A stretch of DNA of 64,000 bases, from assembly GCF_006345805.1 (NCBI RefSeq), contig NC_043013.1, positions 57,412,001 through 57,476,000 on the forward strand, in the 5' to 3' direction. The notes beneath the pieces were generated by a model. The model saw only the letters and a list, made by a program, of their open reading frames with translations. It searched no databases and had not been told where the DNA came from. The translations under genes were made by a program, and so were the position numbers. The DNA comes from Octopus sinensis (taxonomy: Eukaryota). The first letter of the stretch is position 1; every line of letters begins with the position of its first letter. This document shows positions 23,131-34,821 of the stretch, one piece after another.

Positions 23131-25920
23131 TTGAATGTAAATATGTACCTATAGCGGGAGTACAGAAACTAAATTTCTCCTTAGTCCAAAATAAACGCTT
23201 CATTCCTCCAAACGTAGACGAAACGTTCGCCCCCACCGGTCAGCCGACCTCTGCAGAGGTAAATAACTTGTTTTTGCCTCGTAAAACAATTTTAATTCTG
23301 ACGTGTTAACACCGGACTGTGATTTCTTTTCTATGTTCTACTCCGTTTGCCGTATATTAGAAATGTATAGATATCCTGAATCTGTTGTGTGTTTGTTATC
23401 ACTGTTGGTGGCTATCATATTTGCAATATTATCATATCGCATGGTAAGGTCGTACCTGGTAGATATAAGACGAGAGCGATGACGATATGAATGATATTTT
23501 ATAGACAAGTGCGTCATAATCGATATCTCAGAACATTTGGAGAAATTCAAATCCATTTTACTGATCAAGTACCTCTGTCCGCCTCTCAAACAGCAAAGTT
23601 ATATCTACCTTGCACAGGCCTACAAGAGGTTAGCTATTTCAGAGTTAGTATTCTCTAGACTTCAGTATATCTAACTTTACACATGAGATGAATGTTTCGC
23701 TGCCAAATTTCAAGTTATTCCAACACTCCTTGGGTCAAATGGAACAGTTGTTTACTCAGAGTAGTTAAGGAGGATTTATCGACCTATTCTCATGAAAATC
23801 CTTAATTTCATTGCAGAATACGCGCTGTTTGGGGGATGTTGTCTAAGTGATATATGATGCATGACTTAAAAGTCGTTTGGATTGAACTTATATCTCTGCC
23901 TCTAGCCTCCAGCTTAGCTTAAATCTTGTCGAATTAGCAACGGCGATTAATATCTCCTTAGTCGTGATGTCTAAGTTATCAATCTTCTCAAATCCTTAGT
24001 CTTATATTTCAAATGTTTGAACCGGAACCGATACTGTGACACCATTACGGGGTCATATTGAATATAAACAGCGTTGACTACCCTACATTTCTAAATGAGA
24101 TGAATTATTCTTTTGTTACTCTAGTTTCACTTACAGCCCCAACGTATGCAACCTTCTCATCAGTTCACCGATATTTGTAGCTTACTTAATTCGAGTAAGA
24201 TAGTGAATTAGGTCAGTAGTATTCATAGTCCTTGCCTAGTCAACTGTTTTCCTTATTAAGAAATATGATAACTCACTCTAATGACACTCTTTTGCTATTA
24301 ACTCTGAAGATGTTCAGATCAATTATAACTGCAATTTAGAATCGTAGGTTTTATTCGAATAAATCTTTAGACCGGTAGAAGACATAAATTTTCCTCTCCA
24401 AACAGCTTTACAGATAAACTGTTACACTGGAATATTCCAATAGATAAAACGCAATTCTCTTTGCGTTTTAGTGTTGTGTTAAATATGCTGCATTCAGCCT
24501 TTTAATGACATCAGCTACAACAGATGAAATCTAAGTGTAGTAACACTTGTACCCCGCCATGGAGGCAGTAGTTTTTGGCAATGTTGCTTCAGTTCTCTGT
24601 AGAAGCTTTTGATGTTGAAAAGGAGAGTGGCACTGACCCAGATGTTCTTTTTCGGTCCTGCCAGCTCAGTACTCATCATATCCTTTGTTTGGTAGGTGAC
24701 TTCGACAAAATCATTTACACAAACTTGTATACAAATTATACTTAACAACACTTAAAAATGCTATGGGCCAGTAGCATTTATCATATGCGTTTATAGATTC
24801 TTAGGCGGGAGTCTTGTCCGAGAAACTGTCAGCCAGTCTGGTACGTCGAATTAAGTGTCCAGCTTTGTTTAAAAATGTTGATGCGTTTCTATGTAGAACC
24901 AGAGTTTCCTAAACTAATAACAGACAATCAGGTCTCTCCTAGTGATTTACCATTCTATAGTTTCGGAACAACTATCAGATGAGTTTGTCAGATGCATGTA
25001 TTCATATATGTATGCATATATGATTTTAAGTATGTATGTATGTATGTATGTATGTATGTATATATGTATGTATGTATGGATGGATGGATGGATGGATGGA
25101 TGTATGCATGTATGTATGTATGTATGTATGTATGTATGTATGTATGTGTATGCGCGTGTGTATATATGTGTGTATGCCGCTATCTATCAATGTACGTGTG
25201 CATTGAGACATCGATATATGTGCAAACGAAAGGAAATTTAAAGAGTCTATCGGTGTAAAGAAACTGAAAAGAAACAAGCAAGAAAAGTGTGTATATTTGT
25301 ATATGGCATGAATGTGACTGCAAAGACATAGGAATGTGCAAGTCTTTGTATTTGTGTTGAATATTGAAATTCTCCATTCATTGTTTGTCCAAAGGTTACA
25401 TTTACTGCGGGGCTAGTGTGAACGCTGTTTGCCATATATGTCACAAGTTCAATTTCTCTAAGAGGAAATCCAGTTTGAACCCGAAGCAAAATATATTGAT
25501 CATTCTTTATTTAATTCTTTCATTGACGGAAAACATCGGATGTCACTTGCACTTTGCCGTTCTCTGGTTGACTTTTCAAGTAACAAAATACATTTACTTA
25601 GCAAAACCGAGGCAAGATTTTGATATATAATATTATTTTGAAGGAAATTTAAGAGCGTGGCATATTCTCACTTTAACTTACCTGTAAATGAGTTGTTATT
25701 GTTGTTGTTTGACTCCGATTCAAATCTGACTTATATGACGTTCCTTCCATGACAATCCTACATTTTCGCTGACATACGGGATCGAGAATTATCCTATCTA
25801 ATGTTTCTCTAAAGTCAGATGATGGTTTTTTTTTTATTTAAGACGAATTTCCATGTTTTATTTAGCGCATGGAACGACTGCACACAAGCGCCCTTGTTGA
25901 TTTAATTTACAAATTAAGCA

Positions 25921-26121
25921 AGGCGGCGATTTGGCACAATCGTTAGCATTCTGGGCGTTATTTCGTCCGTCTTTACGTTCTGAGTTCAAATTCCGCCGAG
26001 GTCGACCTTGCCTTTCAACCTATCGAAGTCGATCGAAAAAGTACCAGTGGAAGACTGAGGTCTGTGAAATAGACTTACCTCTCGCGAAATAGCCGGTCTT
26101 GTGCCAAAACTTGAAACCAAT
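25921..26121 (+). mobile_element. tRNA-derived SINE, same head as 9728 but tail type B
   Basis: GGCGGCGA head, GAGTTCAAATTCCGCCGAGGTCGAC core, tail GCCGGTCTTGTGCCAAAACTTGAAACC. Confidence 0.85.
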
Positions 26122-26472
26122 TTAAAAATAAAGTATTTCGCTAGGGGAAAGATGGTATGAGAGAAATCAAATTGATTTTGAAATAGAAAATAATATAATA
26201 ATGAATACACAGACACACACACACACACACACACACATGCACACGCATACACACACACACACACACGCACACGCATACGCACATACACACACACACAAAC
26301 GCAAAAACACACGATAGGTTTACGTGATAAATCTGATGAAGGTAAGCAAAATAGTTACAATGATCGCTGAAATATATTCAATGGTGACAGAATACGATGT
26401 TGCAGCTGATGACCAATTCTAAATCTCATACGAAAGTTTGCAGTAATGTTTGGAGTTGTTTTCTACGTGATC

Positions 26473-29025
26473 CGATGCGAATGCGGCAGTCAAATAGGCC
26501 ACCCGTCAGATGCGAGTGCGGCAGTCAAATAGGCCACCCGTCAGATGCGAATGCGGCAGTCAAATAGGCCACCCGTCAGATGCGAATGCGGCAGTCAAAT
26601 AGGCCACCCGTCAGATGCGAGTGCAGCAGTCAAATAGGCCACCGTCAGATGCGAATGCGGCAGTCAAATAGGCCACCCGTCAGATGCGAATGCGGCAGAC
26701 AAATAGGCCACCCGTCAAATGCAAGTGCGGCAGTCAAATAGGCCACCCGTCAGATGCGAATGCGGCAGTCAAATAGGCCACCCGTCAGATGCGAGTGCGG
26801 AAGTCAAATAGGCCACCCGTCAGATGCAAGTGCGGCAGTCAAATACGCCACCCGTCAGATGCGAGTGCGGCAGTCAAATAGGCCACCCGTCAGATGCGAA
26901 TGCATCAGTCAAATAGGCCACCCGTCAGATGCGAGTGCGGCAGTCAAATAGGCCACCCGTCAGATGCGAATGCGGCAGTCAAATAGGCCACCCGTCAGAT
27001 GCGAGTGAGGCAGTCAAATAGGCCACCCGTCAGATGCGAGTGCGGCAGTCAAATAGGCCACCCGTCAGATGCGAATGAGGCAGTCAAATAGGCCACCCGT
27101 CACATGCGAGTGCGGCAGTCAAATAGGCCACCCTTCAGATGCGAATGCGGCAGTCAAATAGGCCACCCGTCAGATGCGAATGCGGCAGTCAAATAGGCCA
27201 CCCGTCAGATGCGAATGCGGCAGTAAAATAGGCCACCCGTCAGATGTGAGTGCGGCAGTCAAATAGGCCACCCGTCAGATGCGAGTGCGGCAGTCAAATA
27301 GGCCACCCGTCAGATGCGAATGCGGCAGTCAAATAGGCCACACGTCAGATGCGAATGCGGCAGTCAAATACGCCACCCGTCAGATGCGAGTGCGGCAGTC
27401 AAATAGGCCACCCGTCAGATGCGAGTGCGGCAGTCAAATTGGCCACCCGTCAGATGCGAATGCGGCAGTCAAATAGGCCACACGTCAGATGCGAGTGCGG
27501 CAGTCAAATAGGCCACCCGTCAGATGCGAATGCGGCAGTCAAATAGGCCACCCGTCAGATGCGAGTGCGGCAGTCAAATAGGCCACCCGTAAGATGCGAG
27601 TGCGGCAGTCAAATAGGCCACCCGTCAGGTGCGAATGCGGCAGTCAAATAGGCCACCCGTCAGATGCGAGTGCGGCAGTCAAATAGGCCACCCGTCAGAT
27701 GCGAGTGCGGCAGTCAAATAGGCCACCCGCAAGATGCGAATGCGGCAGTCAAATAGGCCACCCGTCAGATGCGAGTGCAGCAGTCAAATAGGCCACCCGT
27801 CAGATGCGAATGCGGCAGTCAAATAGGCCACCCGTCAGATGCGAGTGCGGCAGTCAAATAGGCCACCCGTCAGATGCGAATGCGGCAGTCAAATAGGCCA
27901 CCCGTCAGATGCGAGTGCGGCAGTCAAATAGGCCACCCGTCAGATGCGAATGCGGCAGTCAAATAGGCCACCTGTCAGATGCGAGTGCGGCAGTCAAAGA
28001 GGCCTACCGTCAGATGCGAATGCGGCAGTCAAATAGGCCACCCGTCAGATGCGAGTGCGGCAGTCAAATAGTCCACCCGTCAGATGCGAGTGCGGCAGTC
28101 AAATAGGCCACCCGTAAGATGCGAGTGCGGCAGTCAAATAGGCCACCCGTCAGATGCGAATGCGGCAGTCAAATAGGCCACCCGTCAGATGCGAGTGCGG
28201 CAGTCAAATAGGCCACCCGTCAGATGCGAATGCGGCCGTCAAATAGGCCACCCGTCAGATACGAGTGCGGCGGTCAAATAGGCTACCCGTCAGATGCGAA
28301 TGCGGCAGTCAAATAGGCCACCCGTCAGATGCGAGTGCGGCAGTCAAATAGGCCACCCGTCAGATGCGAATGCGGCGGTCAAATAGGGCACCCGTCAGAT
28401 GCGAGTGCGGCAGTCAAATAGGCCACCCGTCAGATGCGAATGCGGCAGTCAAATAGGCCACCCGTCAGATGCGAATGCGGCGGTCAAATAGGCCACCCGT
28501 CAGATACGAGTGCGGCGGTCAAATAGGCCACCCGTCAGATGCGAATGCGGCAGTCAAATAGGCCACCCGTTAGATGCGAGTGCGGCAGTCAAATATGCCA
28601 CCCGTCAGATGCGAATGCGGCAGTCAAATATGCCACCCGTCAGATGCGAATGCGTCGGTCAAATACGCCACCCGTCAGATACGAGTGCGGCGGTCAAATA
28701 GGCCACCCGTCGGATGCGAATGCGGCAGTCAAATAGGCCACCCGTTCGATGCGAGTGCGGCAGTCAAATATGCCACCCGTCAGATGCGAATGCGGCGGTC
28801 AAATAGGCCACCCGTCAGATACGAGTGCGGCGGTCAAATAGGCTACCCGTCAGATGCGAATGCGGCAGTCAAATAGGCCACCCGTCAGATGCGAGTGCGG
28901 CAGTTAAATAGGCCACCCGTCAGATGCGAATGCGGCGGTCAAATAGGCCACCCGTCAGATGCGAATGCGGCGGTCAAATTGGTCACCCGTCAGATACGAG
29001 TGCGGCGGTCAAATAGGCCACCCGT
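26473..29025. repeat. GC-rich tandem array (minisatellite/satellite), 35-bp unit CAGATGCGA(G/A)TGCGGCAGTCAAATAGGCCACCCGT, about 73 copies
   Basis: Contiguous head-to-tail copies with no unique spacers; ~2553 bp / 35 = ~73 units; one TAG per 105 nt in every plus-strand frame. Confidence 0.98.
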
Positions 29026-29399
29026 TCTTTATATAAATCCTACCTTCAGCATGCAGTTGCTTCTCCTTCAAATGACCGCCCTGTGTGGACTACACACCCA
29101 ACCCTACCCCGTTGGTCCTAAGTGTTTCTTATGAATAAATGTTGATAAATCGGTCTGATTATTAGTGGGGAAGTAAAGGTAATCTGTGGGATAATTTGTA
29201 TTTTCCTAAGGATATGACCCCATTTCTCTGATTTCTCACTCCATGTTCTCCTTCAATGCACAGAAGAAAAAAACCGGGATAGTGAAGTCTGAGGAACGTG
29301 AAGGCCAGTTGAAATTGCCGTAACAGAAGATTATTGCCTCTCCAAAGCACTACCATAGCAACTGCATTGTTTCTCTTGCGGTATGAGCAGTTGCCCCAT

Positions 29400-29816
29400 C
29401 TTGCTGGAATCATGTATGAGGTTTACTTTGAATGGCCTTCACGTTCCCCAGACTTGACTAGCTCGGATTTTATCTTGTGGGAATACCTGAAAGAGAGGGC
29501 TGACGTCAACAAAACAGAGACCCTGGTGCAACTGAAGGAGAACATCAGTAAAGAAATCAGAGAAGTGGAGTCTGAAAGTATTGATGGTGTTACGGTGCAA
29601 GTTTTAGATCGAGTACATGCGTGCGAAGCCGAAGATGGCTCTAATTTAAGTGATGTCCTTTTTCATGTGTGATATGGGGGTGTTGCAAAATTTGACTTCT
29701 TCATATTAATTTCCATTATGTCCTTTATATTGTAGCAACATTTCATGCATTTATTTGTAAAGTTAAGTAAGTTATTAAAAATTAAAACCCATCAGTCACT
29801 TTTGGGACACCTTGTA
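29400..29816 (+). mobile_element. Tc1/mariner-superfamily 3' remnant with right TIR
   Basis: WPSRSPDLTSSDFILWEYLKER...TLVQLKENI (WPPRSPDLTPxDFFLWG motif); ends CACTTTTGGGACACCTTGTA|TA, the reverse complement of a TACAGGGTGTCCCAAAAG-type TIR. Confidence 0.85.
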
Positions 29817-29856
29817 TACATACGTCCATGTATATATATATATATATATATATATA

Positions 29857-29917
29857 CTTTATTTAAAGCAGCAGAAAATTCAACAAATTGTTGAATTTTC
29901 TGCTGCTTTAAACAAAG
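29857..29917. repeat. Perfect 25-bp foldback palindrome between (TA)n tracts
   Basis: TTTAAAGCAGCAGAAAATTCAACAA-A-TTGTTGAATTTTCTGCTGCTTTAAA (29862-29912), extending 4 bp further past one mismatch. Confidence 0.9.
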
Positions 29918-29999
29918 CATATTACTCTACCACTGGTATTTGAGTACTCTTTTTTCCACCTTGTTTCACATTTATGTGTTTACTCCGGTATATATATAT

Positions 30000-30043
<44 letters not shown>

Positions 30044-31833
30044 CATGTATATGTATATATATATATACATATATATACACGTATGTGTGTGTGCGTATAT
30101 GTGTATGCGTGTATTATGTATGTATTTATATATACATATATCTATGTAATTATATATGCATGTGCATATTTATATATATGACTACAAATACGCACACACA
30201 TATATGATATTTTAAAATATCTTGGATGTGTAGAACATAAATTATGAATATAATATTTATGAAGTAATTTAAAGATTATCTTAAATTATACAATACATAG
30301 GAATTTAAGTTAATATATATTAGACATGATGTTTTAAAATGATTTATTTGTAAGATAATAAACATCTGGAAGTGATCTGTATGATATATTGTATAGGAGT
30401 TTTAAAATGACTTGAATTATGCAGAAGATACTTTATTAAAATTACATTTATGACATAATACATAATATATATTTTTAAACGTTGAAATTATGTTTTGTAT
30501 GATAATATAAGATAACATAAATTAAGTATAATATATTTAAATGGTCTGTAGAGTAACTTGATTTGACTAGAGTTATTGTTAGATATATCAGAAAACAATG
30601 ATTGCCTGATAAGAGAGACAGCAGACTTGAACACTTTTAGGCTCTTTGCCACAAATGGTAGAAAAGGGTCAAATTATCTTCAGGCCAGTGACCACTATCA
30701 AATAGGGGCAACAGCGTAGAGTGAACAAATCACAGCCTGGCCAGGTGGCGGTGTTAAGTTGGGCACCGAATGAAATCTAGCATCTAACACCAGAAAGATC
30801 CTGCCAACGTCTCCTCCCGGTGTCCGTTTATTAAATTTCTCTCACAAAAATTTTGTTAACGCAAGGCCGTCCAGTGTATCTCGCATTTCGATTGAACGAA
30901 AAACTGTGTAGTTTGGAAGCTAACGACTTAACTACAAAACCATGTCCATATTATTCTTAATTACATGTAACTCAGGATTCTGTTTATTGCTGGTCTGCGA
31001 CACATCAATAATTTCAGTACTGGCCATTGAATGTTCTCAATAAACATTGAGATCTAACAGTGACTTAACTATATGTCAGTGCGTCACAAAGGCATTTGAC
31101 ATTGATTCAATTTCATATAAGCAAACATTTTTCTTTTAAGATGATTTGGTGTGTGACCCCTTGGAGTGGCAAAGAAAAATAATGTCAAATGAACATTCCA
31201 CACAGATAACCCAAAGATTTCGATGTAAGAAGAAATTTACGGGAACAGACAAATATCTAGAAATAGTAATCAAATGTCCTTCCAGTAACAACTTGTTGTC
31301 TTGAATACAAGAAAGACGTATTTTATAATATGGGTCTGGGTATACAAAATATAATGAAATGCTAACTGCCTCAATTTCTACAGTCATCTACTCGATTAGA
31401 TATATGTCTGCGGTTATGTATCAGTCACATGTCTGCGATCAAATAATAATGCTTACTAACATAAATGTGACTCATTAGAACTGAAAAAACAAAGACGCTG
31501 CATTGGTGAGAATTATAAACATGTCTCTGAAATTACAGGTCACCAGCAGCAGCAGCCCGAAATTGCAGAGCAAGTTAGAGGAAGAAAAAAAACCTCTTCA
31601 TAATTATTAACCTGCTCAAACTAGACACAAAATAATCTTCATCGAGCTTTCTGTTTCATATAGAAACAAAAGTCAACTATTATTTTTCAGTTCCTTATAG
31701 CAGAAACACCCGTGAGGCAAAGAGCGTGGTAACATAACCCATGTTCTATCCTCACGCTTTATATATGTTGATGACCGAAACTTCGAAGTCAGTCAATTTT
31801 ATATTTGCTAAATAATATATGCATGTACGTATC

Positions 31834-32052
<219 letters not shown>

Positions 32053-32413
32053 ATATAAAGAGAGTCGGGAGGTATGAGATGAATACATTTATTTCAGCAG
32101 TTGATGTCCCTAAGATGGCGATCGTTTCGGAGCCAAAATGATTCAAAAATAATCTATTTTAGTGATCGTAATTTTTAGGATATCAAGTGGTGAACTAAAT
32201 ATCTTTATTTCATACCTCCTGACTTTCTTTATTTTCTACTCCTCAGGAAATAAGTCTTCAATGATAGGATTTACGCGATTTCAACTGCAAAGGACGATAC
32301 TTTATATGTAGTGGTTTGCTATGTGGTTTGTGGTCCACTAAAGGAGTTTTTTGTAACTATCACGGGATCATATAAATCAATATATCGTGCCTTAAATATA
32401 TACACACACACAT

Positions 32414-32489
<76 letters not shown>

Positions 32490-32499
32490 ATATATCTTA

Positions 32500-33240
32500 G
32501 TTGAGATTCTTAGTAGACAGACAAAAATCAGATTGAAGCTAGCTTTGGACAAGTGTGTCACCAAACACTTTGGAAGGTAGAACCCAGCCTTTACATGCCT
32601 TTACATACTCCCTCAACAACACTAATCGCAAGAAGTCTGCTACTGAACATGATCTGGGTATTATTGTAAATAGCGACCTGCATTGGACAAACGACATCTC
32701 GAAGATTGCCAAGATGGCTGAAGGTGTCCTTGCATCACTCAGTAAGACATTTGTCAGTCGCTCTCCAGCTATGTGTTGAAGACTGTATATGATAACGTAA
32801 TGGTGCATCCATACTTAGAATTTGCATCACCAGTGTGGAACCCCTCTCTTGTTCAGCACATTAGTTTCCTGGAAAGTATTCAGAAACCTGCAACAAAACG
32901 AATACCGGCTGTCAAGCATTTACCGTACTCTTGCTTCCCTGGCCATCGACGCATTGAAGATCAGATGCCTGGCAACTGACCGGGTAGACACCCACAAGAT
33001 TATCCACCGTCTTTCCAACCACAATCTTGGGCACTTTTTTCGGATTCCATATGACAAAACGCTTGTGGACATGCTCACAATATGAAAAAGCAACTCAACA
33101 TCCATGACTTTCGGAAACATATTTTCACGCTCAGAATTGTTGAAGTATGGAATAATCTACCCACATCAATCGTTAGCTGTTGAGACACTACACCCTTCAA
33201 AAGTTCCATGCTTCCCGAAATCTGCCAACCATACTACCTG
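32500..33240 (+). mobile_element. CR1-group LINE 3' remnant (RT thumb and C-terminus), frameshifted
   Basis: LDKC, EHDLGIIVNSDLHW, MVHPYLEFASPVWNP, LESIQK.ATKRIP and FTLRIVEVWNNLP motifs. Confidence 0.88.
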
Positions 33241-33304
33241 ATGGCTTTCTTTTCTTATTCTTAGCTGTAGTTTGCGCCTAAGCACTATATTCAACAATTT
33301 CTTT

Positions 33305-33348
<44 letters not shown>

Positions 33349-34345
33349 TATATACATTCATTCATACATACATACATACCTATATTTTAATGTCATATAA
33401 CATAAAATGATAGAAAAATCGATTTCTTTTCTGATTTATATCTCGTTTCAATTCCTTCTTTCAAAAAAAGTTTATATTATCACATTCAACAAGACCATTT
33501 ATCGAAAAGAATTCACGCCCCATAAACGCTGTCTGATACGTCATCAATTGTAATTCACTCTGGAAGCTAGAAACTAACGGAATAAAATGTTGGAGAAAAT
33601 ACATGAAACCCATCAGCTGTATGTGGAAGTATTGGTTCGTTGCTGCTTCTTATTAGTAAACGAAGAATTATTTAGCTGTGGGTTTCTTCTCTATATTCTA
33701 AATAAACAAGAATTCTATTGTGTTTTTAAGCTTCTTACTTTATTTCGTCGATCCTTTTTCAACTGGCCATAAGGATTAATGTAGCAACGTTTTTGGAATA
33801 GATTTTGTAAGAGACTGGCATTTTATACAAAGGAATAATTCCTTTTATTAGATTAATATTTCAGAAATTGGAACTGCGTTCATCACATTAATTTCTACAG
33901 TTTTGTGGAACAAACAAAGATTTTAATATATATCTCTATATTATAATTCTGAAATGCGAAAAGTTTGTTTGTGTTTGGCATTGGAACGGGTTAAAGGCCA
34001 CTAGATCCCGTTGGATTGACTCCAAAATGTACAGGGACATGTAAAAGGAGGTGAAGATGAGAGTGGGTTAGGTTAGAAATCCCTATCTTAAAAGGTGTGG
34101 TTACTAGGGCAAAAAACGCACATTTTGACAAGTCTACTCTCATTCTATTATCTAACTGTTTTCCTCCATCTCTCTCTTCTCTCTCTCTCTCTCTTTCCTC
34201 CCTTCCTTTCACTTTCTCTCTATAACGTCGTTTGATAGCGTCTACTATATTTCCTCCGCCGCCTTCAATATTTTTACGCTTTTTAAACCCTTCGTCGTTA
34301 TTCTCATTCACTCATTATTACTTTCTCTCTCCCCCTCTCTCTCTA

Positions 34346-34821
34346 TCTATATATAGAGAGAAAGATTCTCATGATAGTGTGGTGGTGGTGATAATTCTCT
34401 CTATGAATGCAGACAGACGCAGAGAGAGAGAGAGAGTGTGACAGCGCTGCGAAGGCGGCGGAGGAAAGATAGTAGACGCTATCAAACGACGTTATAGAGA
34501 GAATGTGAAAGGAAAGGAGAAAGTAATAATGAGTGAATGAGAATAACGACGGAGGGTTTAAAAAGCGTAAAAATATTTCCCTTTCTCAACTTACTCAAGA
34601 TCTTTTGTTGTTTATAAATGGGAGAGAGATAGAGAAAGATAGAGAGTAAGAGAAAGCGAGGGAAAGTCCGAGAGAAAGGAAGAGTAAGAGAGTGCGAAAG
34701 TGAGAGAGAGAAAGGATAGAGAAACAAAGAGGGAGAATGTGGTGATAAGAAACAGAAAGGAAGCAACAGAAAATAACAACCACAACCTCACCCGCGCGTA
34801 GAGCGGGTCACCTTAAGCTAG
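34346..34821 (+). mobile_element. Non-autonomous Helitron (~476 bp)
   Basis: A|TCTATATATAG 5' start at 34346; 3' hairpin ACCCGC-GCGTAGA-GCGGGT (34790-34808), 9 nt, then CTAG|T at 34818-34822. The 3' end is better supported than the 5' end. Confidence 0.65.

Noticed and set aside
26473-29025. CRISPR-like appearance of the 35-bp repeats
   Set aside because: Units are contiguous with no unique spacers, there are no cas genes, and the context is eukaryotic.
26754-29134. Repetitive ORFs (RQSNRPPVRCECGSQIGHPSD) as a real protein gene
   Set aside because: The unit is not a multiple of 3, stops recur every 105 nt in each frame, and ORFs appear only where the TAG is mutated.
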